From the NCBI RefSeq assembly GCF_001194135.2, contig NC_068984.1, forward strand, positions 30,156,693 to 30,220,692: a stretch of 64,000 nucleotides of DNA, in the 5' to 3' direction. Under the pieces are notes generated by a model, which did no database searches, was not told the origin of the DNA, and was given only the letters and a program-made list of their open reading frames with translations. This stretch comes from Octopus bimaculoides. Lineage: Eukaryota. Shown one piece after another: positions 1-13,905 of this stretch. The position numbers and the translations under genes were made by a program. The number at the start of each line of letters is the position of its first letter. The first letter of the stretch is position 1.

Positions 1-1032
1 AGTGTCTTTGTGGAAAGCCATAATATTCAAACGGCTCGAACGTTTGAGTTTAGTCTTACCTAAACATATTTGGTGTCATTTATTTTTAACTGAAAAATTT
101 CGATCATACTTATAATCATTTTATCTGTATTGCGAATGTGTTTATATCATTAGAAAAAGATCCTTCAACGTGAATTTAAAACATCAGATTATTAAATCAT
201 CAAAAATTCAAAACGGCAAGAAATTGAAGTTGACAACGATTAAGTGTACTAAATGCAAGTGAAAGAAGTCGGTAGATTCATTGATATTACTGAACACTCT
301 ATCTTGATAGGATTTTGACTGACCCCGATATTAGCTGTATCGGGAAGTATTGAGGGCGATTGTGAAAAAACACTTTCACACCATAAAAGAGAAAGAGCAT
401 TTCAGCATTGTTTTCAACGTCTTGTTGCAGCCCTCTTAGATATTATTCAAAGCTCTTTCTATATTTTAGAATTCAAGGTACTAGAAAAGTATCATATCTT
501 TGAACTGCTAGGTCAAAACTATATTCATTTGAAACATTACTCAAGGAAAAAAGGGATGTTAATTTCCAAATCATTCAAAAATATACGGTACTACAAGTGA
601 CTTGGATGGAGAGGCATTTGTAGCACTTGATGGCCGTTGTGGAAATTTTCCGTCATGAATTTTCCTTAAACCCCACTACTACTACCACCACCACCACACC
701 ACACCAAGAGCACACCACAACACCACCACCACCACCACCACCACTTTAACTCTCTGATCTTTCAGTTCTTGCACCAATTCACATTTATTGACGTACAATA
801 TGGAAATTTACCCGAGTTAGCGATATCAGATATTTTTCAAGGTTTTTAAATTAATGATGGAGTACTGATTCACATCCTGTCAGAAACAATAATTTAAGGA
901 AAGTCTTTGAATAAATATTTTGTGAACGTTTCCTATCCAAAAATTTAACCATATGAAAAGAGCAGCAAAAATAGATACCGTTTACGATGACTAACACGTA
1001 ATGAAAAACAAAGACAGTTATGAAAAGAAAAA

Positions 1033-1937
1033 GACGAATATCAAAACGTTTCCAGACTAGTTCTGCAGTGCACCAACACATGGTAGCACACGGTTGCGTG
1101 CGGAGTGAGAGCTGGCAGCGACATTTATGAGGCAGTGGGCCGAATGACTTTGCTGTGTTTACTTTGCAAGTTATGAAATTCGTGCTTTTGTGATCACGTG
1201 TATGCTGTAATCTGCAATTTTTGTCATGGACAAGAAGAAAGAACCAACGTGAAATCTTGCGTTAAATTTGGGATGTCTGCCACAGAGACAATGAGTATGC
1301 TTTGGTAATGGGTTGTACGCAGTGTTTCGAGTGTCACGAGCGCTTCAAAAGAGAGAGAACGTCCCTGGAAGACAATGAGCGATATGGGAGACATGTCATG
1401 AGCGTCACCCCCCGGAAATGTGGTATTGTGCATAAAGAATTCATCCCAGTAGGGCCTGCCCGTCAATCGAGAGTTCTACTGCGATATTTTGAAGCGTTTG
1501 AGAGAGGATATTCGGTGAAAGCGATCGGATTTGTTGAGTACGAATAATTAGATTCTTCACAACGACGATGCACCCCTGTCATCGAGCTCTCCTCACTTGC
1601 GAGTTTCTCGTCAAAAACAACAAGGTATTGCTTCCGCACTTTCTCTATTCGCCAGATTTAGCACCTGCTGACTTCCAACTCTTCTTCAAGATGAAAATGC
1701 AGTACAAAGGTCATGATTTTAGCACTGTTGTCGAGATCCAGAGCGAATCGCAGAAGATCATTGACTCGCTTACGGAAAACGACTTCCAGACCGGATTCTA
1801 AAAAAGGCAGGAACGCTGGGACCGGTGTATTGCTGCGCAAGGTGACTACTTTGAAGGAAATGATGTTAAACCTTGGGTAAATAAGTTATTTTTTATTAAA
1901 CACAACTAGTCTGGGAAGCTTTTGATATCACCTCGTA
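1033..1937 (+). mobile_element. Mariner (DD34D-type) DNA transposon, internally deleted and non-functional
   Basis: TIRs: left atatcaaaacgtttccagactagtt (1038-1062) matches the reverse complement of right aactagtctgggaagcttttgatatcacctcgta (1904-1937, ends in TA). Broken frames give MDKKK..VKFGMSATETMSML, CFECHERFKRERTSLEDNER, GIVHKEFIP, HNDDAPCH and YSPDLAPADF. The WVPHEL linker and first catalytic D are missing. Confidence 0.9.
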
Positions 1938-1949
1938 TGAGTCTGCTAG

Positions 1950-2480
1950 TGCCAAGAGGATAAGAAACATTTTGGCAAATGCAGATAAGAACATAATTTC
2001 ATATCTTTCAACAAAACTAGTTCCACTATGAGAATGCCTAGGACACTGAAATGAAACAATGCATTCATGAAGATGTGGATGGATATTCGTGTTCTGATAC
2101 GAGTTTTTTTTTTTTTTTTACTCCCATGCCTATCCCTTGGTATGATTCAAATGGAGACAGATTTTGTAGTATTATTTCTGAAAACATCTGCGACCATCAC
2201 CATCATCGCTATAAACTTCAAAGTACAAATATGGATTTCCTTCAAAACTGGGTCAGGAAACAAGATACACTCCCAGTACTACATTGACTCAACTTTAGAG
2301 AACAACATGGAAAGTAATTGATCCTTTTCATGCTATCTCTAGATCAAGCAAGATATATTTCAAGTATACGTGATAATCATATTGCTTGAAAATAGAGAAA
2401 GTTCTACGTTTTAACGAAACTTTGTGTCCGCCACTGGCACATGACTGTGATGCAGTTTATCGTTATCAATGTTTTTTTTT
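1950..2480 (+). mobile_element. Highly decayed non-LTR retrotransposon RT fragment (RTE-like)
   Basis: 2248-2300 translates across frameshifts as G-VRKQDTLPVL..LE, resembling the RT motif GVRQGDTLSP.LF; otherwise riddled with stops. Confidence 0.35.
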
Positions 2481-3254
2481 TCTATAAATCTATACAGATG
2501 ATACCAATGTTTGTCTCCCGATAATTAAAATGCTCTATCACAAAACCAAGGATGTTTTGTACTGGTAACGTTTTCAAGCAAACATTTAGATCATAGCTTA
2601 TGGGCAATTAAATGTTTTGAAAATGACTGGAAGCTATCTCTTTCAAAAGTGTCATCAAACTTGATATAAAGCACTCCCGTAAAAATGAATCAAAAATAAG
2701 ATGCATATGTCGATCTTAATTAAAATTTGTGGGTATTTGAAGTCTTCTTTCAACGAGGTTATAAGCTATTTAATGCTTTTAATCTGTGTTTTACAATTCT
2801 AAGTAGATGAGGACATTCAGAATTTCAGGATGTTATCTACATGAAACACTTATACAAGTTTTGTTTGAAATTACAGTTGATGATCATTTATCCTAAACAT
2901 TTTGAATATATTTGAAGTACTGATCTTAAAGTATTTACGATGATGTAACAAACGCAGTATATTATATAGAAAGTAATTATAACTGATTGCATATCGTGTG
3001 AAACCAATAATACCAAATTTGTTAAGAGAAGATTAAAAGCAAAGGTTAAAGCCATTTGAATATTGGCCTTGCAAACAGGCACTCATACTCTCTTAGGAAC
3101 TAGATGCTCCCTACAGGACCCATCATCGTCCAGTCGGGCTAAATCTGAAATTCAGCTAATTTCTATCAATATGATAGCAGGAACTAAACTTAGGGAGTGA
3201 CCTACTATTTGTCAGGCAAACATGACTTTACAAACACACACGTGCACACGCACA

Positions 3255-3310
<56 letters not shown>

Positions 3311-3479
3311 GTAAACAGTCCGCAAATATGAAACTCATTTCATAGCACGCCTTCTACGCCTTTTATTTTAATTCTATTTTATTTGATATTGATTCATTAA
3401 TATTCTGCGATTGTCCCTTATTTTTCTTAACAGAAAATGACCAATGAACAAATTATAAACATTCCCCTCACTAAAGTTG

Positions 3480-3690
3480 GAACTTTACTTATACGTTATT
3501 ACCATTAGATTTCTTGCAGTGTATCTCGGGTTAATTTCTCCTAGTCTTTACAACTGCTCTTCACATATTTTCTTATAGAACTATACAGTCCGCTATCATC
3601 CGCTCATGTCAAATCATCCGAACACTCTAAATCAATTCCAACAGCCACTTAGAATTCCATCAATTTTCTCATATGAAACAAATAATAGAT
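3480..3690 (-). mobile_element. Possible decayed RTE ORF2 C-terminal fragment
   Basis: Minus strand cggatgatttgacatgagcggatgatagcgg weakly resembles the RTE motif RLRWFGHV.RM.D.R; weak similarity only. Confidence 0.25.
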
Positions 3691-4290
3691 TTAGTAACAA
3701 ATATTGTATCCAATGATAATCTATGATCTATCTTATCTAGTTTAATGATATTTCGTGTCTAGGTTCAAAGCACATTACATTTAACTTTGCCAATCGTCTC
3801 TTGAAAGTGACAATATAATTAAATTATTGATAATATAAATTCCAATAACATACTTGTGTTAAATGACATTCATAAACGGAAAAATATATATATTACAATA
3901 CTGGATACGGGGTTAATTTGGAGTAAGCCTAAGTCGTAATCAAGTTTTGATTTCCAATGACTGACGCGTAATCTATATCGTCGAAGTATTTAGAAAAATA
4001 TCAATATATTGACTTCCTATTAGTCATTCTCATAAATCCTGGATTGAATGTGTTTACAATCGTTAGTGTCAGACAAAATATTTTACAGCATTTGTTCCAA
4101 TTCTTAATGTTCTGAGATCAAATCAAGCCAAAAAGAAATTTACCTTTAATCTTTAGTGAGTCGATAAAATAATGTGGCAGTCAATAACTAAATTCATACA
4201 ATTTGCCTTCCCAAGTTCACAACAATTTCAAGCCTTGTATTTATGTTTGGAACAATTATTATTGTTTCCATTTCTATTATATTTATTATT

Positions 4291-4500
4291 ATGGTGAGCT
4301 GGCAGAATCTTTAACACGTCGGGTGAAATGCTTAGCAGTATTTCATCAGTCTTTATGGTCTGATTTCAAACTCCGCCGAGATTGACTTTGCCTTTCATCC
4401 TATCGTGATCGATGAAATAAATAGCATTTGAGTACTGGTGTCGAAGTAATCGACTCACTCCCCCGAAATTGCTGACCTGTGCCAAAATTTGAAATCAATA
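4291..4500 (+). mobile_element. tRNA-derived SINE, family A (central gactttgcctttcatcc..tcgata; Meta-domain-like)
   Basis: Head ggtgagctggcagaatc with B-box-like gatttcaaactcc, central gactttgcctttcatcct, tail gtgccaaaatttgaaa. The same sequence recurs at least 8 times in the window. CpGs retained. Confidence 0.85.
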
Positions 4501-4974
4501 TATATATCTTGCTTTCACATTCTCAGTTCAAATTTTACCAGGACTCATGTCAACGATATCCCACACCGACACATGTGGACTTGTTTCTGCCTCAAATTAT
4601 AACTGTTGTTGTTGTGGTGGAGATTCATACGAGGAAAAGGACTTGTAATCGATAGAACTTATTCCACATCATGGAATATATACTTTTCAAAATATTCTAA
4701 AAGATTCAAAGGGCTACACCTTAAAAATGTATAATCTTCCATTCATTAGCTATTTTTCTGTAGTATGTTATTGACATGCTAGTTGAAGCTTCGTTACATT
4801 CAAAATTTACTGTGAAAACCCACCCTCTGTATCATAACCAAGCTTTCTTATACCATGTCTCCACACTTACTAAAGAATGCATTAAAATGTTCAGCATAGT
4901 CTTGCCATGATATAGAAGTCGAGGAATGAATGGCATAGGAAGACTGACTCTTGAATGCACTGTTATACAAATAT

Positions 4975-5182
4975 TTCTTTCCAATTTTGGACACAAAGCC
5001 AGCAACTTTCGGTGTAGCGAGAAGTCGATACATCCGTTCCAGTGCTCGACGTATACTTATTTTATCGAGCCCGAAAGGATGAAAGACAAAGTCAACCTCT
5101 GTAACATTTTGATTATGAACGTAAAGCCGGAATAAACGCTGCTAAGCTTTTCTCCGGCGTGCTAATGATTTTACCATCTCGT
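4975..5182 (-). mobile_element. SINE family A, reverse orientation
   Basis: ttatcgagcccgaaaggatgaaagacaaagtcaacc is the reverse complement of the family central domain; head remnant gctaagcttttctccggcgtgctaatgat. Confidence 0.7.
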
Positions 5183-5380
5183 TATGAGGTTATAAATACC
5201 ACACCCGATTAAAACAACTTCGGCGTTATTTCAAAATGTTAAATGAACTAATTGGTAAAAATATAGAACGATAAAGATCAATACTAAGGTAATATATGTA
5301 ATGCGGTCCCTAAGATCAGCTCAAGCCCTTGTATCTGGTTCCCCAGTATGGCTGCATTTAAGTAAGTGAAACCAGTATAA

Positions 5381-5431
5381 GTATAAAAGAATATTCTGTA
5401 TAAAAGAATATTCTGTATAAAAGAATATTCT
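5381..5431. repeat. 17-bp tandem repeat x3 (gtataaaagaatattct)
   Basis: Three perfect copies read directly. Confidence 0.95.
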
Positions 5432-6499
5432 TTTACCATATCATAACTGAATTGATCAACTATATATATATTATTAATAGATATCTATTAAGAAAACATT
5501 GAGTAATGAGCCTACTCTGTGCCAGTATTAGTCACTTCAAGTAACGGTGGACCATTTGTTTGGTCACTCAACTTGTTAAAAAAGCAGCCATGTTTTCTTT
5601 ACATCGAATCCTGCCGTCTTTGGAAATGAAGGAATACATTAGATAATGAAATCGCAAATACCCCTAAAAGAATGTAATGAATACAACATCATTGTACAAA
5701 TGACTTTGGGTCCAACAACAGGATTTCTCAGATGTACGCGCTGCAATTTTGTTTAAATAGAATTTCAAACCTTACGTAACATTGTTGCATTTCTGTTATC
5801 CGCATGGCTAATGCATGTGTTAGGGGCCGCATTTGTAATATAATAGTATTATGCCGTCTCGAGGTAAGTATTTGTATATATTCTACGTCCTTAAACAAGT
5901 TTACATTTTGCATTTCGATGTGTTGGGATACACTTTCAAATCTTTTCAAACATCGAGGCTTACTGTTGGTCCTCACAGAATAATTGAAAGATTATGAAAT
6001 AATTTCACTAAATAGCTCACATCTTTCATCTAGTAGCTAAACTCAACTAAAGAAACTATCATTTTGATGATAAATGAAGCATTCTTTTATTGTATGACAT
6101 TTGGAGCCTTGACAAGTCATAATTGGTACCTGAAGGTTATTTCTATTCTATAGACAATTTGCAAATGACTACGTGTTTGTTCTGGTCATGAATTAAGTCC
6201 ATATATCAAAATAACGTATTATGGCTTTTATTTGAAAATATATTTCAAATGGCCATTTGTGGAGGTGAACTACTATATAATCATATTCGGCTACCATCTT
6301 TACTGTATGGTAAGTTCATAAAAATTTAAAGACTATATGCTGTTGTAGCATTAATGAGATAGAAAGTTTGAGGGCAATTGCAAAATAGTTGCTACTATTT
6401 TGTTTAATTCAAATTTACATATGAAAGTAAGATCTTATAGTACCAAATAACAACTGTTGAATTTGTTTAAATTTGAGAATACATACATACTTACATCTT

Positions 6500-6519
6500 A
6501 CACACACACACACACACAC

Positions 6520-6581
<62 letters not shown>
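6500..6581. repeat. Compound (CA)n(TA)n microsatellite
   Basis: Read directly. Similar arrays at 3234-3307, 7097-7135, 9690-9890, 11225-11300, 13770-13920, 21122-21212, 32020-32110, 33990-34050, 37760-37830, 41320-41605, 56160-56217 and 57585-57640. Confidence 0.95.
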
Positions 6582-6584
<3 letters not shown>

Positions 6585-6859
6585 AGTGATTTTGGAGGGA
6601 TATATTATCCGAGTGGTAACCGTATTAGCACTCAGTTAATTTCAAGCTAACAGCCAACCATAACGATCAGGATCTAACATCTGTGACTACAAAAATTTAC
6701 TTCAGGCAGTTCACTTAGAAGATGACCAAATGGACGGGCGCTGATAAAACTGCACCGACATTATTGCACGGTCGCATTTGCAACTGTGTAGTCGTTGCAA
6801 CAAAAATAAGTGAAGAGCATTATAATATGCTGCATATAACTACAAAATAATTTTTGGGG

Positions 6860-6897
6860 ATGTACAAGTCTCTTATTATGTACAAGTCTCTTATTAT
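6860..6897. repeat. 18-bp tandem duplication (atgtacaagtctcttatt x2)
   Basis: Two perfect copies. Confidence 0.9.
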
Positions 6898-7093
6898 CAG
6901 TTGTCAATTGTGGAACACAACTGTCACTACAGGTAAATAACGATTGCATTACGCGTGAAAGTACTAGTTTATTTCAATATCATAAAATTGTAAAAATTGC
7001 AAATAATAAAACTTAAAAATCAGACTTAGTTGAAAGTTCACTAATTCTTCTATACACAAACATACAAACTCGGTTTGTGTTCTTGTCCCATTT

Positions 7094-7136
<43 letters not shown>

Positions 7137-7344
7137 CGGCGTACGTGCACTTTGGTTTCTTATATGTAAGTATATATTTAGCTAAATCTTGTACGACTCT
7201 ATTCTTTTATTGTCCTTCTTTTATTCTTTCCTTCTTTCTATCAGCCCTTTCACGCTGAATCCGTTCGTTCCACTCTTCGTTCTTTCTTTCCCCCTCCTTC
7301 ACATTTCATTGCTTTCTCTTCATGCTCACTTCCCTCTTCTTTTC

Positions 7345-7656
7345 NNNNNNNNNNNNNNNNNNNNNNNNNNNNNNNNNNNNNNNNNNNNNNNNNNNNNNNN
7401 NNNNNNNNNNNNNNNNNNNNNNNNNNNNNNNNNNNNNNNNNNNNNNNNNNNNNNNNNNNNNNNNNNNNNNNNNNNNNNNNNNNNNNNNNNNNNNNNNNNN
7501 NNNNNNNNNNNNNNNNNNNNNNNNNNNNNNNNNNNNNNNNNNNNNNNNNNNNNNNNNNNNNNNNNNNNNNNNNNNNNNNNNNNNNNNNNNNNNNNNNNNN
7601 NNNNNNNNNNNNNNNNNNNNNNNNNNNNNNNNNNNNNNNNNNNNNNNNNNNNNNNN
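7345..7656. other. Assembly gap (N run)
   Basis: Run of N flanked by CT-rich and (GT)n sequence. Confidence 1.
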
Positions 7657-7779
7657 GTGTGTGTGTGTAGATATACTGTTATGTACGTATATATTTTTAA
7701 AATTAATAAACAAACCCGAAGTCTGTAGATTACGGAGAGTGACCATTTACGTCTTTTTATGACAATAACTGTAATTATA

Positions 7780-8117
7780 TATTATTTATATATTAATAAT
7801 ATATGCTCCATTTAAAGCGACTAAACCTAAACAATCGGCCGAAAATATATCTACAGTTGTTATAAAAAGATCTATATGGTCGCTCTTCTCCGTAACTTAT
7901 AGCCTTCGGGTTTATTTACAAATTTAAAAAATATATTTACTAGACTAAAGTTGGCTGAAATTGATGAGTGGGCTTTGTGGATGAATTGGGTGCGTGCGGA
8001 TCAATGTAAGCATTGATTCCGTGTTCAGTTCCCAGCGGTTCAGTCCATCTTTTGTCGGCAAATTGTTTAGGTTTAGTCGCTTTAAATGGAGCATTTATTA
8101 TTAATACATAAATAATA
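7780..8117. mobile_element. MITE-like element with about 65-bp terminal inverted repeats
   Basis: 7780-7845 (tattatttatatattaataatatatgctccatttaaagcgactaaacctaaacaat) is the reverse complement of 8051-8117 with few mismatches; AT/TA-rich flanks. Confidence 0.75.
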
Positions 8118-11100
8118 TTATTATTATGATATATATATATATATATATTTATGTAACTTTAGGATTACTCAGCACATTTCCGTATACGAAATTGTAGGTA
8201 CTAAATAAAATGAGATATGCAAGGTAAGTACTATCCTTGGTTGGATCGTGAAACAACATTTTCTTTTAAAATAAGTCTAGAATGTAGGGTTTGCAGTTCA
8301 CAGACAGTAAAACAGTTTCAACCACTGAATTGGATGTTTAATCAATAGTTATCATTATAATAGGAATAGCAAAGAATTAAGTATAACTTCCATTGATGCC
8401 AAAACCATTTCATTTGGTTCATATTAATATACTTCGAAAATATCTTAACAGCTTATATTCCTAAAAAGCCTCTAGTTTTATGAAATTGAAAATGCTCACG
8501 TTTTTAGTTCCTTATAAACCAATAGGTTTCCTACGTACCTGTGCATTCCACATTCTACAATACTGTTTCCTTGCCAGTGCACAAGATCGTAAAGCTTCTA
8601 CTGATCCCTAAACAAAAACACAAAAATCTTACAAAATATACATTGAAAAATAAATTGCTTAAATAAAAATTATATCTACTAAATATGATTCCTGGAAAAA
8701 TAATTCATGTTTGTTAATTTACTATTTTATATGATTTGGTCTTCGCTCACTTAGACACTAATATAAATACGCATCTGTTTTATAACATATATAATACAAG
8801 CCGAAAATAATTCCGATGTTACATCTAGACAGCAATTTACAATCTGAAATAAGACGAAAAGAAATTGTATGAAATAATAGACAGCAACATATTTGTGCTT
8901 TTAAACGTTAATGGGATTTTAATGGAGAAACATTTACAGAAATATTATACTGAGAAAGTTTTTAATTATTTTTCCTAAAATAGAAGAGTAAATTCTAAAA
9001 GAAAAACTGAACTTACATAATGGTATTCAATTATTCCTTAGAATAATTTAGAAAGGATCATGGTTCTTGGCAAATTGTCATCATTACGGGAATATTAGAA
9101 AATATAACAAATACATTATATATATACAAAATGTGGGTGGTAATATATATATATAAATAATGTTCACATATTTATTTACTCACAAGATGACACAAGTATC
9201 TGTAAAATTATGTATACAATCATATATGTGCGTGTGTAATTTAGGCGTGTGTTCGTGGTGTACATGTTTATATATTTGTTGTGTGCGAGTAAATGTGTGT
9301 GTAAATAAAAGCATTTATGTATACATGCAACTATAGATAATTGTACTCATGCGTAAGGGCAAAAAATTGAATGAGGACACATTCCCGCGCGCACACACAG
9401 ACGCTCGCCCACACACGCACACACTCATATATATTCATGTATTCATGTGCTATCATGTATGTGCATGGAGAGCGTTCGCGTCAACGCACAAATTCTTATG
9501 TATATATAGATGGAAAATATTTATCAGAAATCTTGGGCCAAAACATTTCCTATTTTAAAAGTATTCGGTTTGCAATAATTAAGGGAGAAATCAATCGTGC
9601 ACACTATTCTCTTATTTAATTACATGTCGGTCTCAGAATATTTGACAATAATTCTGAAAAATCGACATCAAAGAACAAATAATCAAAATGCTAATACATA
9701 TATACATACATCGATACGCAACACGCACGCACACACACGTATGTATATATACTTATATATATATGATTCAGGCATGTATGTATGTGTGTGTGCATATATA
9801 TGTGTGTTTGTGTATATACGTACGTATGTATGTACGAACGTACGTATATATGTATGCATATATGTATATGCATACATGCAGGCATATGTAATTAAAGTAC
9901 AGAAACAAATGTCTACTCGTCTTCGGCAGATTCTCGAGTAATAGTGCGGGATGCTAATTAAAAAAGGTAATTTGTTCTCATACTTAAATCAAAATTTAGT
10001 CAATAGAACAAATATCTCTTCAAGAAATTCGTGCAACTACTGATGCTACGCAATCCCACTTTTAACTGGAGGGTTTTCTTACGAAGCCAAGTTTGGTGGC
10101 AATAATTATAGACGACATTTTCAAGAATGTGCTACACCTAAAGGAAAACTAAACGTGGAAGAAAGAAGGTAAGTAAAAGAATGATGTACTATTTACGAAG
10201 CTTGATCACTAAAGAAGTGCAGAGAGTGGCATAACAGAAATAGTAAAATCAGCATAATGAGCGAATGTTAGCTGCAGGTTTCAACTTTCAATGAATCATT
10301 GGATAAAACGTGAATATATCGGAACACTTTTAATCACAATTGGATTTTCAAATTTGTTAAGCATGCGCATATGCATGCACACAGAGACAAGCTTATATTG
10401 GCGTTCTCTCACACCTACGTTACTGCGTGTGTGTACGTGTGTCCATGGCCGGATTAAGACCCATAGAGGCCCTAAGCACTTAAAAGATTTTGGTGCCCCC
10501 ATATATATAAGTAATTCAAAATATAACCATGAAATAAAAATAAAGTTTTAGTTTCCAAATAAAACAAAACTAACAGTAAGATGGAAAATAATGTTTATTT
10601 TTGTATACTTCCACTTTATTTATACTTCGATCAAAATTCCAGGCCTTGTGCTTATAGTAGAATGGATTGTCTTATAATTCCTTCCTTCTCACTTATAAGT
10701 ATATACTCTCAACTGATACTAAAACAAACTTACAATGCGCTGGTACAAAATTTAATCGAAGCTATGTAGATGTGTGGATATAAAGAAAAATTTAAATGCA
10801 TGCTTTTAAGTATTTCTTCGCGGACAGACAAAGAGTGAACGATCTGACTACTACTAATATTATGGTATTTCTAATTCAATGAAAATAGCATGTTTGGCAG
10901 GTTTATAAATATATTGTATAAGTTTACCTATTTCTCTGAGGACAAAATGAGGTGTACGCAGCGTTTCAGGAAGTCTCCAATTAAAATCTAAACTTCTTCC
11001 GTTTCTCACACACATACACACATTTACTCACTCTAACATACATACGTGCACACATGCACACACTTGCACACGCAACACTCATGCATAGAGTATACTTGTG

Positions 11101-11740
11101 TCTGTGTAGGTCCAATTATAATATCACTAAAAGACAGGTTTCCGCAATTATTGGTTCCTAGATTTGTTGTAGCACGTGTGAATACATGCATATATGTGTG
11201 TGCTCATTTGCGTATGTGTTTATGAGTGTGTGTGTGTGGGTGTGTGTGTGTGTGTGTATGTGTGTGTGTGTGTGTGCGTGTGTGCGCGTGTGTGCGTGTA
11301 AAACGTTCGTTTTATAAAAAATCGTGCATGGGTGTTCATCTATAAAAATTTCCTCCTTGTGACACTTGAAATAATAAATAAATATTTAGATTTATAAACA
11401 AAATATAACGTTTGAGCAAATCATTTTGCGTTTATTTATTTATTTTTTTTTTGGCAAGTAAAATTAAAACACAATGCGAGTAAGAGATAGACAGGAACAT
11501 GAAAGGAAAGTGGATTGAGTGACGAAAAAGAAACTGGAGGCACACATAAGGAGAAAGAGAAAAATGAGAGAGGAAAAAGTGAGTGGAAGGAAGAGTGAAA
11601 CGGAGAAAAGTCGGTGAGAAATCGTTCTTTTTTTCTGTGAGTACAGATACTGACATGTGCATATGTATGTGTGCGAGTGTGCATTTTACGTGCGTCACGT
11701 ACATGTGTAATTATTTTGCATCTCAGTTACTTAGTATATA

Positions 11741-12082
11741 TACCGTATTTGATGGCCTATAAGACGCACGAGTTCATAAAACGCACGCTAGCTTAGGCTA
11801 TACATTTGTAAAATAAATTACCACTGAAATAATGTTTTAATTCCTCCACTTACCTGTATAACTTTATGTTATTACCGGTAATTATAAGCAACTTATTACA
11901 TCCACATTCGATATAAATATACCGTAGGCGATTGTTCACCAATAGATGGCAGCACATGTTTTATAAATATACCATTTTGAGCGCGTTTTGAGCCTACACA
12001 GAGTGCATTTGATGCAGGGGGATTTTTAAAGCCGTTTTGAGGTAAAAAAAAAAGTGTATCTTATAGGTCATCAAATACGGTA
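11741..12082. mobile_element. pogo/Tigger-type MITE
   Basis: TIRs taccgtatttgatggcctataagacgcac (11741-11769) and gtgtatcttataggtcatcaaatacggta (12054-12082); TA at both ends; no coding capacity. Confidence 0.85.
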
Positions 12083-12129
12083 TATAGGAAGTTAACTGCG
12101 TAAAATCTATACGAAAAATACTCCATCCG

Positions 12130-12255
12130 ATGAGAGTTCAATATTACTAAACGTTTCCACTACATGTACTTATCGCACTACTATTAGTTTCCCATACATG
12201 CGTGCGTTCATCAGACGCCAATCGCGATAAGTACAGGTAGTTGAAACGTTTAGAA

Positions 12256-12300
<45 letters not shown>

Positions 12301-12830
12301 TGTGTGTATGCATGTGTGTGTGTATACATACATACATACATATACATATCTATATATCTATATATATCAAATGTGGCAAGGGGATTTTCTTCGCCCCAAA
12401 TGCGAACATCATGCTTATTGATTTTGCCATTCGTATGAAATGTGGCCTTATCACTGAAAACAAGACGTTCCTTGAACTCGGCTTCTTCAAGTTTCTCTTG
12501 CATATCAACACAGTATTGCTTGCGCCTTCGCTTGTCATCTGCCGTTATGGACTGAACGAGTTGTAGCCTCTTGGGTTTCATTAGCAAGTGTTTGCTCAGG
12601 ACGCGACATAACTGTCGCTGGAGGATTCTGGGTTTCCAGACTTCTTCGTATGGGCTTCTTGGGGCTTTGCAAGAGGTTTTGGCGAACCCACTCGACCATC
12701 TCTTCCGATGTTAGTGATCGTCCAGATCCTTTTACCCTGCACAGACACCATCTTTGAGTTTTTTGTGTCATGTCCAAATCAGTATTGCTGTTGGTGGCAT
12801 TTTAGAGAACTGTAACACCTCTTACAAATA
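12130..12830 (-). mobile_element. Tc1/mariner-superfamily transposase remnant interrupted by a (TG/TA)n array
   Basis: ORFs 12535-12777 (GSGRSLTSEEMVEWVRQNLLQSPKKPIRR) and 12147-12587 (KPKRLQLVQ..ERLVFSDKATFHTNGKINKHDVRIWGEENP) match the HTH and first catalytic-D block (FSDEATF..VN.HN.RIWG.ENP). Microsatellite at 12258-12365. Confidence 0.85.
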
Positions 12831-13778
12831 TTTATATATATCTTCTTAAAATCATCGAAATTGAGACGTGCTTCTTTATGGCGCACCAGGATCTCGATCC
12901 TTTTTTAAATATGGTTGGTGCTCAATTTCATATATTTCAATGTGACTGAGTGTTCGTCTTATATTAGGGAGTAGAAAAGTCCAAAATATAGCACCCGGTA
13001 TGACGTAGTGTTCAGCAGAATCGCAGTCGCCAGCATAGAGCAACAATAACAGAGGTGGAAGGATTATGCTCATGTGCCAAGTATGACGTTGTATATTTAT
13101 ATATTTCCTTTCACATAGAGGTATATAAAAGTAAACAACTCCAGTTTCAACGGGGTTAACTACTTTGGTTATTTACATTATATTTAATACATTGATATTC
13201 CTTATACCTCCATTCGTCGATTCACTTCAAAGAAAAAGGCAATAAGCTACGGAACTTCAAAGTCGTAAGTAAATAGACTTATCTGGAAAAAAAAAAGGGG
13301 GGAATGAATATACACAGTTACTCTACTTTCCCAAATAAAGAGCAAATCAGTAAAAATGCACCGAAGAATTAATGAAGCTTAAACATTAAAAAAGGGTTGA
13401 ACTAGAAATAAAGTTAATCCCAGCTATGGATGAATTGGCGTCGAATAGATATTAAACAGTCATTCCTGAAGAATAAATTTGCAGTGTTGTTAGTACCATC
13501 GCGAGGTATTCATCAATAAGCTCTTGAGCCACGTCTTCAAACGTGAAGTTTCATTTCTGTCCTCGATTGTTGAATGCAAATTGTATTAGACATGTAAATA
13601 TATTTTATTGTAAACATGGTTTTCTATATTTAAAATTTATTTTATTGTCTTTTTCATTACATTTATGTAAGATAAACATATTTGTATTTGCCGTCAGTAT
13701 TTATCGTATTAGTACACTACTATATGTGTGCGTGCGTGTATGTATTACGTATGCATATAAATATGTATACATGTATAC

Positions 13779-13868
<90 letters not shown>

Positions 13869-13871
13869 GCA

Positions 13872-13905
<34 letters not shown>

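Noticed and set aside
5381-5431. Short direct repeats as a CRISPR array (also the internal repeats at 29100-29400 and 63060-63250)
   Set aside because: No unique spacers, no cas genes, eukaryotic context.
7189-7762. 146-179 aa ORFs here and at 49362-49963 and 50769-51213
   Set aside because: Their length comes from N runs.
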